Shown here piece by piece: positions 13,230-27,186 of a stretch of 64,000 bases of DNA. Source of the DNA: Basidiobolus meristosporus CBS 931.73 (lineage: Eukaryota > Fungi > Basidiobolomycota). The notes under the pieces were generated by a model. The model was not told the origin of the DNA. It ran no database searches and was given only the letters and a program-made list of their open reading frames with translations. The position numbers and the translations under genes are program-made. Location: assembly GCA_002104905.1 (NCBI GenBank), contig MCFE01000108.1, positions 104,835 through 168,834 on the forward strand, read 5' to 3'. Position 1 is the first letter of the stretch; each line of letters starts with the position of its first letter.

Positions 13230-14800
13230 TGGTTCAGCATTGTCAGTAAGTCATGCAAGTTCAAGTCTGTCTCTATGAACCAGTTCTTCTCAGATATTTG
13301 CTTGTTTGTCTACTGGTTGGTAAGTTGCAAATAGACATTCTCTAATGATCTTTAATGGTCCTGTCCACTGTGGCTCAAACTTCTTCCAAGTGTTATTTCT
13401 TAACATCACAAAGTTCCTAACTGTCAAAGCCTCTGGTGATGTAGTCTTTTAAAATCTCTACTGCATTATTCTGCACTTTTAGAGACTTTGGTCTGTGCCT
13501 CTTGATGTTCTTATTCCAATTGTTGGCATCTACTAGGCTGACTGAATTCATCCTTCAAGTTGTCAGTGAGTTTTGGCTGTGTGAGAGCTCCTGGAATTCT
13601 TGGTTCACATCCATACACTAAGTAAAATGAGGGTTGTTGGGTAGTGTTGCGCACCCTGACTCTGCAGGCAAACAATGCTTGGTCAATATACTTGTCACCA
13701 CTACTTACAGCTCCATTTGCATACTTGGTCAGCATTTTTCCAAATAATCCATTAAACCACTCAGTGACTCCATTAGTTCTAAGGTGCTATGCCAAAATTT
13801 TCAGATGTTTGATCTGCTGCATTTCCAGGTAGGCTTCCAATGTTTTTGCCATAAAGTTTGCTCCTCTATCAGATATGATTCCCACAGGACATCCCAACTT
13901 CATCAGGATCTCCTGGTAGAGGAAACTTGCAACTTCTTGTTCACAAGCTACAGATACAGCTTTAGCAACTGGCCATTTGTGGCATGGTCAATTGCTACTA
14001 GGATCCAACAGTTGCATTTCCTGGTGGTTGGCAGTCTTCCAATAAAGTCAATTCCCCATCTCTCAAGTGGTCTTACAGGCTGCAAGGGAATGAGTTTGGC
14101 AATTTTCTGTGGTTGGCCTTGATTGACTTGGCAACCTGGGCATGTTTTCCCTAGCTTCTCAATATCTTATTTCATTCTGGACCACTGTGCTCTAGCTTTT
14201 ACAAGGCTATAAGTTCCTTCAGCTCCAAGGTGCCAATATTCATTGTGTAGCTTGTGTACTAAGTCCAGAAAAGCAATATAAGGGCAATAGGCAATAAGGC
14301 TTCCATCAAGAATTTGGTAGAGTGTTTCATCCAGTACTGCATATTTGCTAGCGTCATCCCAGACAATCTTCTTAATATCTTCATCCACCTCATTAGCAAT
14401 GGCTTGGACTACCAAGTACTTTGGTAATAGGCTGGCACAATCCATGGTTGCAAAGAATGATTGGGTGCAATATTGTAGCTACCAGTAGGCAGGATTGCTC
14501 TTGGACAATTTTGCACTATATGGCACAATCTTGCACACTATGGCACCATCTGACACAATGAGGTTGGCACAGATGATCTTGCCAACTTGTAATGTTTGCA
14601 TCACATACGCAATTGGATACCACTATTGCAGTAGGTAAAGTCTGGTATTTGGATATGTTTCTTTAATGTAAGTGGAGATAAATGTGTTTCACACTATAAA
14701 CTATGCTGATACTTACCATTTTGGATATTATCACCGCAATTGGACAGTACATCAATGGTTGATTGGTCCTAAAGTATCCTGAAGCTGTTAGCCCCTAATT
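13230..14800 (-). mobile_element. Ty3/Gypsy pol remnant (integrase; weak RNase H/RT traces)
   Basis: Frameshifted integrase: PLERWGIDFIGRLPTT, WILVAIDHATN, GCPVGIISDRGANF, LRTNGVTE and QALFACRVR..SFYLVYGCEPR. CpG-depleted DNA continues to about 16600 and may be its gag, but this is not recognisable. Confidence 0.8.
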
Positions 14801-17800
14801 GGCTCATTGACCAATAAAAAAGCTACCTGATTTGCCCTCAAATATCCCACCCTGCCCATTGAGCAAGTAGATCCCTGATCTTAGTGATTGGACAAGGTAT
14901 TATAGCAAGCATGCAACCAATTGTGTAGGTGCAAATCAGAGCAAATAGCTGCGCTGGTGCTACAGATGATATATATATATGCAGGGTGTATATTATAAGG
15001 GCTCTGTCTCAAATGTGAGATGACCTTGACATTACTTATATCAAAAATTTAGTGAATGCTGATTTTCAATGGCTCATTGGATTATCAAAAATATGCACTG
15101 TTTGGAACATGACAAATGGTAACAATTCAATGCAATTGCATCATCTTCTCCTAGGTTTTTTCTCACAGGGATTACTACTGAAGCATTTGGTAGTGATTCA
15201 CTTTGCACACCTGAACTACTTCCTTGTAGATTATCATCTTGGCTACTTGTGTACTTGTAGTCAGTATTTTGCCTCCTAGTTGATACGTGCAATGCTGGAG
15301 CTTGGCCATGCTGAATTGCTCCAGATGATAAAACAGAATTAGCCTGTAGTGCAATGTGCTGATGCATTCTTTTGCTTGCCCCAGGCTCTAGTGGTGGAGG
15401 CAGTTCATGTGGGTCATTGTTGGCCAGTTCATCAGAAGTAACTTGCTGGTGGTCAGGTGTAACAGTATGTGCAGGCACAACTCAATGCATTTATATAGCC
15501 CTTGGTTGAGTTTGATGTGATGTTACATGATGATACAACTTGGCCCACTCCAATGGACTTGTGTCTAAATGAGCAGTTTAGCAAGTTCTGGAAGTTTTGC
15601 TCTGAAGCACATGCATTGATCTGATGCATACTGACTCAATGCAGGGGGCTCTTGTGAAGGGTGTTGGCATGGATTGGACTGATATGCACCAGCACACCAG
15701 CATTGCAGGTGATGGTAAGGAGTCCAGCAAGGCATGCTGGTGCAATCTAGATGTAGTTGCTTGCGGTCTGTATTCTTCCTCTTGAAGCTCACATTCTGAT
15801 TCCTCAAGGTATTCACTTACCCGCAATCTGATACTTGGGAACTGTTACCTTGATGAGTCCTGTGTATACTGCTCTTGGAAGCCACTTAGCTCTACTAATA
15901 TATCATATAGTACATTAGTCATTTGAGGCAAAAACTCATTCAAAATCTCTTTGTTTCCCAAAGTTAAGGCACAAACAGACATGTCCCAGCCCATACTGTG
16001 CAAATTGTGCATGGAATTGGTTGCGCATGGCTTCCTCATCAAATCCCCTCTCACTAAGCTCATTCTAGGTTTCAATACCTGTCTTATTATATATCTTCTT
16101 ACATACATATGCTGGCATCTTAATGTAGAACTCATGCCATAGCTTTCTACTCTGATTCTTCCATCTCTGCTGACTCTCTGAGGTATACAATTCTGCTAGA
16201 TTAATGAGTAGTGTCCAAATATCTGTATTAAGGCTCATCATTGACACTTGGGCCATACTAAAATCTTTTGGCAACAACTTGAATGGATCCAACATTGACT
16301 TTTTTGGTCCAGACCATGCTTGTAAGCTGGGGGATGGGTTTTGTCTGGGTTGTACTAAATATGAGTTGAGACTTGGTATAAGGACCACAGTGATGGATTT
16401 GGATACTTATACAGTAGTATATTGTCATCAACCTGGTCTTACATGAAATATATATGAAAACAAATGGGATTGTTGAATTTTTCATATATTACGCATGATG
16501 CATCTTGGATTGCATTGACACAGATCAGATCACATCAATTACAGATTTCCTATTTGATTATAGACTTGTGAGTAAATCATCAATAAAATCACCAAGTCAT
16601 TGTTTGAGGATGATTTAGTTTTAGAACTTTATCCCCGCCCCGGTAGCAATACAGAAAGCGCGTACTGGCTTCGGTGGAAAAGAAGCGCTCACCACAATAC
16701 TGAATGTTCCCCACCACGTTTGTACCCAATGCAGGATAGAGCCGCTTGGTTATTGAGGTGATTAAATATGGGCATGTTATACTGCTTTTCCAACCATGAA
16801 TATCAATGGTCAATCTGTGTAGACATTTATAGGCTAGCTAATACGATTAAGAGCGAAGACAATGAGTAAATGTTACACATAGAGCTGGTATGCAACCCGA
16901 TCATTCAGACAGCCGGATTTCAAACCTGGGCCAAGATTTCATGAGATAAACATCGAACTAACGATCCTATTCTTGGCACACAGTGTAAATTCAGGGGGAT
17001 TCGAAACTGGTCAACACAATAACGAATGGTTTGCATAAAATCTTAGGGCCATCATCGACTTATTCCCACCGCAGATAGGGTAATTCCCTGCCGGAAGATG
17101 ATAAGCTTTCATCTCCACCGAAGCGTATCACCCTTTCGGTTACATCAACCAGTGGCAAATAGTGGTATGCGTACCACAGGTGAGTCAAACTTGATCAATT
17201 GAATCCTTCGAGAATGGGCCCATCGAAGGTTGCAACGCCGGTGTTTGCAAACCAGAGGATGGCAGACAGCTCTCGGAGATTTGGGTTCACCACAGCCTGA
17301 AAGCAAGGTATGTAGAGTTTCATTTGGTCATCTATTTTCCGTAGTCATTTGATGAATACAGAAGATCTACTATTCTAAGCCTGCTCCTACAAACTAACTG
17401 ATAGCAGCATATCCTGCTAAAAATAGAACAGCGTTGTGTGACAAGAGGTCAATCCACGGTGGCACATACGAGATGAAGTTTGCGGAATGCATTGGGCGAT
17501 GTGTCTGTGGTGGGAGGATGTGGAAATGATAGAGATGTCAACATCCACTGCTATCCAAAGCCCATCGCTTCAAATCGATCATAGTGCAGCCGTGTAAATT
17601 GGTTTGGAAATTCCCAACCTTGTGGGAGCTTGTACAATCTCCCCTGATTGCTAGCTCCATGAGGCAATGTATCATCTGGGGATCCCACCACTCCAGTTAT
17701 GTTTCCTTCGACAATGGAGTTCTCGGATCGCTACGAGTCCTGAGAGCTTTCTTCGGTTGAATACTTTCCAATATGGAGAGTGCAGCATGGGCAGTTGAGG

Positions 17801-20800
17801 ATTTGGAAATGTTGGGTTGATCATTAGAGAGAGTTCATCTCCTGAATTCTCCGCCTATAGAGAGTGATTCTAGCTGGTTGGACTAAGAAGCCCCCATTCA
17901 GCCACGCTCCATCATGCAACCCTCATCCAGAAGGGGGAACACTCATCAAATCCCGCTGTTGATTTTCTTGTTAGACGAAGGTAGGAAAGTCAAATGAAGT
18001 CTATGGTTGCCCACGAGAAATCGGAATTCTGTGCACCTACATCGTGGGGCTTGGCAAGCTAGAAAATGCAGGTAAAAACTTTGTCGCAATGATCAGCTTG
18101 GGCTCCGGTTCCTCTCGCAGCCATTGGGTCCGATTCATATCCAGGACGTATACCATAGAAGGAACTTGCCAACGGGGTAGAACGTGGTGCCAAGGCTGCA
18201 TTAGGGATCTAGGTGGATATAGGACAGCAGTAATGATTTCAGTTTGCTCTGTCATGTAGACCGGCTCGGATCAATCTATCTAGGAGATTTGGATCTGAAA
18301 TAACTCCAATGCACTGCCAAACATGGGTGGAGTTGTTAGTATCAGGTTGTCCCTATAAGGCGTTTATTTTCAATTCGGGAAAGCGCTGGTCCTGCATTTC
18401 GCCGGTGCCAGAAGCAACCAAACGACCTCCATATCTACCTTATCCATCGCCTTATCACGGATGAACTTTCGAAACGCCATTCTCCCCAGGTTGCATACTA
18501 TGATACAGCTAGTACACACTCTCAACCCAACCATATGGTGCAAAAAGCGCCCCTACACCAAACCCCAATACGACGGAACAAAAGCAACCGGAGAGACACC
18601 GTGCAGGTCGACCACACTATCGATGCGTCTCAAAGTTATTATATAGACAGGCTACAGGCTATTAGAATGTGGTCACTCGAGCAACCATCATGATTGGGCA
18701 AGCCATTATGACCTGATCTTCCCAATTACGCCACGAAGTGGATCTCAACTTTGCATTCAATTTCCAGTCAATCATCATATCAGGGAGGTGTGTTACATAC
18801 AATGCTCAGTAACCATCAATGAACATGAAAAGCAACATCCAGGGGATGAGGCACTGTGCGGCCCACCCTACTCAATCCGCCCTTTGCTCTTCGATTTACT
18901 CTGCCAAGCTCCCAAATGCAAGAAGGTACTGAGGGCAAACTCCCTGGGCTGGATCGAGCATATACACCACCATGATCATTTGCCCAGACGCTACACTAGA
19001 ACTGATGCTACATGTGCGCCAATATCACCACTCAGATAAGATAGCCTCTGTACTCATACAGCCTCATTGTGACGATAGATTGAGGCAACATCAACATCAA
19101 TGCAGAAGACAGTCACCTCACGTGCCAACTGGAAAAACGGCCATGGATGGCGTGTATTGCATAGGAGTTTACGAGACCAAACTCAACGATACCGTTCAGG
19201 GCGCTAGCCAGTTTCCGCGTAGACCCAATTGAGCCCTATGATCCATGCAGGTAGAGACCAAAGTGTTTTCTCCTGGCCTGAACGCGCAGCCAGGGATTTG
19301 GTCTGAGACATAGCTTGGGCAGGAAAACCATTGCGCAAGGGGATGCTGTTTGTCCTGACGAGGTTTCTGGTTGGAAATTGAGGCGACCGCGGGCAATAGG
19401 TTTCGGAGCCATCGCAAGCATACGTGTGCCGAGAATGCAGCCAAACCTCCCATATTGTTCGAGAATGCACCAAGTGAAACATAACCCTAACCCTATATGG
19501 GATTGATGGGTAGATTGGTGTCATGCCAATTAACTAAACGCACACATCCGGTCTATTTAGGGATCAAACGTAGCAAATGAGTGCTAGTCTCGAAGCTTGA
19601 TTCAATCAAACCCCCGATTGACCAATTCCTCCCAAGAATCAACCCATCATCTAACCGTCAAACAGCGACTAATGAAGTCGCATCCACTTCATGTGGAATC
19701 ATATGAAATTGAGGGACGTAAGGGAACTTAGAGAGTCTGGGTCCTTCTGAAAATGGGAAGCCATGGCTGCACAGGGGGTTTTCGACCTTCCAGAGGCTGA
19801 TCATCTCCAACCGATCTGCACCAGAGGATTTGTAGCTTGTTTGGGACTGGTGAGTTGGGCATAGAATGGCATATGAACGGAACATCTTCGCCCTTCAACT
19901 GGGTCGGTGCAAAGCTAATGATAGCGAACCTGGAATCTACGCGGCCGTTGCTTCCCGATGTCTAACTTGGCTTCCTTGTTGAACCTTCGAAAAGCTGAGG
20001 CTTTCATGGGTTCAACAAAAGATAAGCAGGCCCAAGTGGCACCGGAACGCAGAAAACGTCGGGCTAATGGGACAGCAGAGGATGCAAAGTAAGGCTAGGA
20101 ATAGCAGTGGCATTGGCAAACCGATCAGCACTACTAAACCGCAGATTCCTTGCAAGCGCCTTCGACGGAGATCAACTGGCTGACGTATGAACGGACGATC
20201 ACGCTAGCCGAAGCTCACGTCAATGACGAATGTCACTTGCATCAGCGCTTACCAGCCCCATGATTGGCCGACGCCTTGGAAAGAATAGCAACCTGTCCCC
20301 AACTACGTTGCGCTAGTCCCACTTCTAAAGCGAAGATGGGCGAATGGGTACGTCGGAATGACATCGTGAAGTCCCCTGGCTGTTTATCTGAACGAAAAGA
20401 ATTCCCAAGAAACTCCAATGGATCTCACGATCCGAATAAATCTATTTATGAGGGATTGGGCAACATACGTAAGCCAGGCAAATATCCTTGGCATCACCAC
20501 ACATAATGACCTACATTGACGAATTCCGATCATTTCAGTGGAATCCGCTCCAAATGCCCATCTGCCTGGTGGATGACTGCAAATCGCAGTTACTCCCTCC
20601 CCATCGGACCAATAAGGGAGCAGCTGCAACAATCACTTCCTAGTCATGTTGTTCGGTTTGCTCGTTAGGCATAATGGAGCCAACAAGCCATTATCAATGC
20701 GCACCAGGCTTGGGTGGTTCAATAGGAAGCTACAGGCTTGACGTCCGAAACCAACCACTGGTAGCTGGGCAGACGGTCTCAGAAAACCCACTAGCAGCTT

Positions 20801-22614
20801 CGACAATCAGTAACTCGTCTCTGCTCAATACCTTGCCGAGGGTCCCATTGGTTTCCTTAGCCGTGATCCACCTACCCCTAGAATTGACATATGCTAAAAA
20901 GGCCATAGTGAGGTAAGCAACCCGATCATACCCCATTAGGCTGGACTCTTTGTTACCTATTCCTTTAGAGAGCATTTGGTTCACCGATTTGGGGAACGTG
21001 TAACCAGAAGACGGAGCCTCACAGGCCACTGAAAATAGGCAGCAACGGATGGATTCAATGGAAATAATGCAACCAATTTGGATTCCTGCTTCTGTACCGG
21101 GTTGAGCATTTGTTGAGGTTAGATACATGGCGCTTACAGGCTGGTGGGTTGTGCGGCTCCAAGCCCCAGCAAACACGCCATCGTGGTCCAGGTATTCTAC
21201 ATCGTCTCCAAGCGAAGCTGCTTTTCGTCAGAAAAGCGAAGCAGCCAATCATCAGCCACGGATCACTCTCACCACGCAGGGCTTCGTCGCTGATGCCCAG
21301 AAATGACGAATCTAATTAAACGGTGCCTCTGATAAGGACGCTCCCAAGGGCTAAAGCAGCCACGCATCCGCTCGTATGGACATCCGTTGGCAAGCCCTTC
21401 CGCACCCGCCGAAACGGGGGCCAAGGTGATGCATGCAATATCAAATTGGCAAGAGGCCAGGGTTAGCTTGATGAGGAAAGCATGGCGAATGGGCGACTAG
21501 ATAGGCCGCTCACCCTCCTGGAAGCCATGGTGCAAGGGTGATTGATTGAATTCATTTAGATATGGCTGGTAGTGTCATGTGCTATTTGTAATGTATGTAT
21601 GCTGGCATTAATTGGCTGAGCGGTTGATGTAATGGTCACAAAACCGTCGATGAAGCCAGACTGGCAGGCACGAGATTAGTGGTGAATGTCCCGGGATGGC
21701 AGCCTGTGGCAATCATAAGCGCACTCGGTAGAGCGCTGAGCTGCTCGACGCACCAGCGAGCGCTTGTCTCTAAACAGATGAGCTCAGGGGAATTGGAACG
21801 GTGTCTTCCCCTGGGATGCGAAGCGCAAAGCGGCCTCCAATATAGAGTGGAGAAATGAAGCCGAGGCGGCGCCCCATTGGCTCCTGTTTCATCGGGGAAT
21901 ACTTCGAGAGAGAGAATGCTATGCGCTAGTGATGAATGTCTGGATGGCGGTGGGCGATGAGTCGTCGCACTCCCAGATAAATATCGAGAAGCGCATCAAT
22001 CGGAGCCTCATCTGGCATCTGGAATGGAATACAGAGGATAAATCCCCCTCGACCGCATGTTTCACACAAATGACTATAATTCACATTGATTGATATTGGC
22101 AACGCATGCAATCCCCAAGTTGGTATGAGTATAAAATATTTGTAACCAAGTTTTGAGACAATATTTCTCTGCTCTCCATCTCACTATGGCAATCAGTGGC
22201 CATGGTTTGATGAGACTGCTGCAAGCCAATGCTTGATTGTAGGTAGACAATGTGTGCGTCGACTGGCCACTCAAGTGGGCCCGCCGGCTGAGGCACCAAT
22301 TGCGATCTCGCAAGAGATACAGAAATATTGGGAGAGTAGGGAGGGCGCGATGTGCTGGACGGATGGAGTGGGAGGTGGGCTCGCAGACGAGGAAACCAGC
22401 CAGAAGATGGATTCCTATTCTCACCATACCGGTTTGAGTGTGACATGGAATCTTTTCCAAACCGTCAGTTCCGACTGAATTTTAGCCATGCCATTGGCCA
22501 TGTATCACCAGCCCAAGAAATTTTTGGAACGACTTGAGTTGTGATGCTATCAATTCTACTATATCTCGTTGATGCTGAACTTTTTTGAAAAAATAAGCAC
22601 AACAACGTCCCTGC

Positions 22615-22721
22615 CGGCCAATCAGAGCGGCCTACTTTGAGTTTCAATCAAACCTCACCAATCGCACACCGCTCTAAATTATTCTTAAAATTTCTGGTGA
22701 GCAGCAAGGAGGGGTATATAA
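22615..22721 (+). promoter_or_regulatory. Core promoter of the C2H2 gene: two CCAAT boxes and a TATA box
   Basis: CCAAT at 22618 (GGCCAATCAG) and 22658; TATATAA at 22715-22721, about 110 nt upstream of the ATG. Confidence 0.55.
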
Positions 22722-22830
22722 GCAGCGTTGGGCAGTCCCATGGGAAACCCAAAATTCTCCACTGCTCCTCTACCTGATATACCCAGCGCAACGCATCCCA
22801 TTTTGCTCTCGCTCATCTGCACAGACATCC

Positions 22831-23325
22831 ATGACAATCTCTAGTGAGTTCCACCCCCAGCCCAGCTTTCTGTTCTCCAAGAATGACAAGTTCAAGGTGA
22901 ACCTGAAGGCGGCCCGGGAAAACCTACAGAACAAAAGTGAGCTACGTCTACAAAACAATTCCACAAACTTTCGCACCATTCACACCTGCAGCGTCTGTGG
23001 AAAGAAATACAAACACAAGAACTGCTTGTATAAGGTACGCTTGGCCAACGCTTACCCACCCCGATTGCCCCTAACCTTGGCTTCGATGTAGCATTTCTGG
23101 GAGCACCATGAATCATGGGAAACCTGTCTCAAGTTCAATCTGACAAAGCACCAGCAGGTGCAGATGATGGAGGCCGCCCAGATATTGGTCGACATGGTGG
23201 CGCTTCCCACTCCGCAACAGCCGAGGCGCTTCTCTGCAGACGCAGAGGCAGAGGCATTTGTTAGCTGCGAGGTGCCGAATGTGCAACGCCGCCAGAGCGT
23301 CCCCGCCAAGTGGCTGTCCATGTGA
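22831..23325 (+). CDS. Small single C2H2 zinc-finger protein (145 aa), join(22831..23034,23092..23325)
   Basis: A 57-nt intron (GTACGC...CTAAC...TAG) restores C-x2-C-x12-H-x3-H (CSVCGKKYKHKNCLYKHFWEH). It is followed by ESWETCLKFNLTKHQQVQMMEAAQILVDM, a motif I recognise from fungal C2H2 proteins. Confidence 0.88.
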
Positions 23326-24564
23326 AGAGTCATGTATTGAGGCCGAGGCGCCACTGCCTATCCTGCATCCTCTCCACAAGTATCGAGACCACTCCGTCCC
23401 TGGCTGTTTGATCGAATTTAGATAGTTGATATGTAAATATTCTCTGCCAAACCTAATAAGCATCAGTATCCATCTCATCGGCTCATGCTTGCGTGAACCG
23501 GCCCCGCTTATATCATTCATGTCACATACACAGTCCCCCTCCCTGATCTATCCTTACTTGTTCGACTTGATTCCATCCTTATCGACTCCCGTAAACCTCT
23601 TATGTACAGTAATGATAATTTCCGACTTGTGTGTGAGTGAAATATAAACATTCATGTTGACCAGACCAGACCATTCTATTATTAGGAACCAGTCTCCAAG
23701 GCAGGCTATATATACATCACATGATAACCAACAAAGACACCCGTGAAATTAGGAATTTCCAATATTGTCTGGCTCATGAGATCCAACAAATGCCATCCAC
23801 TCACATGCACATTGGCCCATCCAAAATCAATTGCCAATATGCCACCAGTAATCAATGCAACGGAGACGAATTCCTACACGGCCTTCCTGAATGAATGGTT
23901 GACGTGAAGAGCGCTGATTCGCGGGCGGAGTCGTCATGCGGAATGTTAATTTAGCAATGTTCATCAAGATTGAGCAGAGCCTGAATTTGAGACGGCTGGA
24001 TAACTAAATGCTCGTTCACATTCGCACTCGGCAGTTCATTGGTGCTATTGGTGAGCAAAATTAAATTGGTTTGTGACTGCCCGCTCAGTACACACTATCA
24101 ATGGTTGTCAGTGATAATGCTACCAGCATGGATAAGCCGTATTAGGATCTCTGCATAATACATTGGCGAGCGAGCTGGATTTGCCCTCTCTGTGGCTTAT
24201 CACACCACCACTCATCCCACAAGGTTGATTGCATCAAGGGTGTGTCGTTGGTGCTTCTAAATTCAAGGCGGTTTCCCATGATTCACGGAGCGTTGTTTTC
24301 AGAGGGTGAAGAATGGATTCGACCAGAGATGTATCCTGCGTGATTCTTTCGAGTGGCAGGGCCGCCTATGGCCTCTAATGCTCGTCGGCACAGACATGGT
24401 ACGCAACAGACTAGGTTTTTGGACAACCACCGTCGTCAGCTGATTTGGTAATTCATCGGAACGCGAATCCATCCCTCAAGCTGTCCATCCATCATGAATC
24501 GTGTTGGTGCACTGCGATTTGGTCCATTTCGAAGAGTATTTATTTAAATTGCAAATGCTGAGTC

Positions 24565-25103
<539 letters not shown>

Positions 25104-26058
25104 TCAAGCCGCCACAGCGAGAGGAAGAGTGCTTCGAATTCCGCCACTTGCCTTTATTGCTCTCCGCTGAATTGGATTGAAAAAAAAACCCTGGATCACG
25201 TGAGGAGACATCGACCTGCTAATCACCGTAAATATGATTTGTGGTTAGTAAGCTTTTGAGAGTAAATTTTGCATCGGAAAATATGATCCGGCATTGATGT
25301 TATCTCTTTACACAATACAGGCTTGGCGGCAACGACGAACACGCACTGGCATGGCCCTACGCATGGACGGATCGACGCTGCTTAGGCCTAGAACTCTCCG
25401 GAACTCTTTCGAACTATTTGGAATACGTTGGTGGATGTTTCAAGACTGCCTCACGCTACGCGGGGTGTCAAGCTCTCACAGATGCTTCTGAGCTCGCATG
25501 CTACAGATGTGTATAAGGCATAGTTGCCAACTCGATCGGCTAGTGAGCCTAGAATAAGGCCAAGTATGTAATATTTATTAGGTTTGGACTTGGGAGTAAC
25601 ATTTCGAGTACTGCTTGACAATACGGTCGGTTATATGCATCATATCCAGCTTCCAGCTCCTTGAGATACCTCCACCTGAAATATCACCACTTCAGATAAT
25701 GCACTCTTCAAGAAGCCAATAGGCTGCTAAGGATTCTACGAAAAAGTTGCCGAATCAGCGCATGAAACATCCGGCAAGCACTTTCTTATTTGTGCCTCCT
25801 TCTGAGTGCGGTTGGAGGAGAGAAACAGTCGGGATGGGTTGCCTTGAAGTCATGTTCGCGCACTGCGTAGAGATCCTTTCTTTGAAAGTGTACGGGAAAA
25901 TGGCAATGCTTGCAATTACTATAGTATATTAGGTTATTGACTAAGATTGGTAAATAATTTACATCTGATGGCAGCAGTGGGTAGCAAATATGAATATGTT
26001 GGTTATGTACATGATAGAGATGAAGCAGAACGGTTTGAGCAAGAGAAGCAAGGAACAT

Positions 26059-27186
26059 CTACGAAACTCCCAATGGGAGGATTTTGGGCCATTGTGCGGT
26101 AAGCCAAGTATCCACTTTGCCGATCATGCTTTCAAACAACTCTAGCAAACCGGTTAGCTCACCCAGCAGCTGGCAGAGCTGGTTGTTTGCAACTTTCCCA
26201 TCGGTAACTGCGGAGCCCAACTTCACCGGGATATTGATGAATACTCTGCTAAGCTTGATGCTAAGGCGAAGTCTTCCAAAAACGTTGAGATACGAGAGAG
26301 ATCGAAGCTCCCCTTGGATTTCGTACAATCGCATGACCTCAAACTTCACCTGAGTCAAATATTTTCCTACCACTTGAGAAAACTTGGTGTTGGTGCGATA
26401 AAGGGGTGAGGACGTGCAGGGTTCACTTACCTATAAACTTCTCCCGAACCTGAACGAAAAGCTGGTTGGCTTTTTCTTTGTCGATGTTTAGCTCGGGGTT
26501 CTGTGTATTCAAAAGCTCTATTGTGTGCGGAAGATGGGTTATTGAGATGGCTCTATTTGGAGCGCGAGGTACACAAGCCACATACCAACGATAGAAAGCA
26601 GATGTTCAAAGTCTCCATCCATGAACTCCTTGAATATCTGAGACAGTGCCTCTGATAGGGTTTCTTCCCCGCTGAATCCATCAGCGCTAGCGCCGCTGCA
26701 ATCGTAGAGTTTACGACTGTTTTTGTTGGACAGCGTCTCGTATGCTACAGAGATTTCTAAATTGCGTCAACTCGATAAATACATGGCTGTGAAGTGGAGT
26801 GGGTAAAAGCAAGAAATACTTTGGAAAGCTTCAGTAGCTTGGTTGTTGTCGGGCAGTTTGTCTGGATGGCAGATTCTACTTCTAGAAATGTACGCTCGAC
26901 GGATGTCCTCGGGGGCTGCAGTGGGAGGAATGCCCAAGGTGTCGTACAAGTTACTTGCAGCTAGAATGTCCTCTACCAACTGTAAAGCAACCTTCCTATC
27001 AGGTCTGCTGTGGGTCGAAACACTTGAGCCTAGAGTCATGACAACGCGTGTTGGGGCCGATGTACGGGGTACGTATCTATGTGCTTCAACTGGATGGTGA
27101 TATTTAGCAGCAGCAGAATTCCGCCCGAGTTGTGAATATATAGGGATTGGCAAGTGATGAAAAAATAAACTCCAACCAATTTTCAT
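26059..27186 (-). CDS. J-domain (DnaJ/Hsp40 class C) protein, four exons; start at 27186 or 27039
   Basis: NLYDTLGIPPTAAPEDIRRAYISRSRICHPDK...TEAFQ/KISVAYETLSN..RKLYD. Three GT-AG introns keep the frame through EETLSEALSQIFKEFMDGDFEHLL, ELLNTQNPELNIDKEK and KYLTQVKFEVMRLYEIQ to the stop at 26059. Confidence 0.88.

Noticed and set aside
16900-17010. B-box-like strings suggesting a tRNA on the minus strand
   Set aside because: No consistent cloverleaf or A box at the right spacing.
17000-22500. Numerous 60-150 aa ORFs here and at 27.2-32 kb, 33.7-35.5 kb and 47.6-54.3 kb as genes
   Set aside because: They overlap on both strands, have no recognisable motifs and no convincing splice chains; consistent with chance ORFs.
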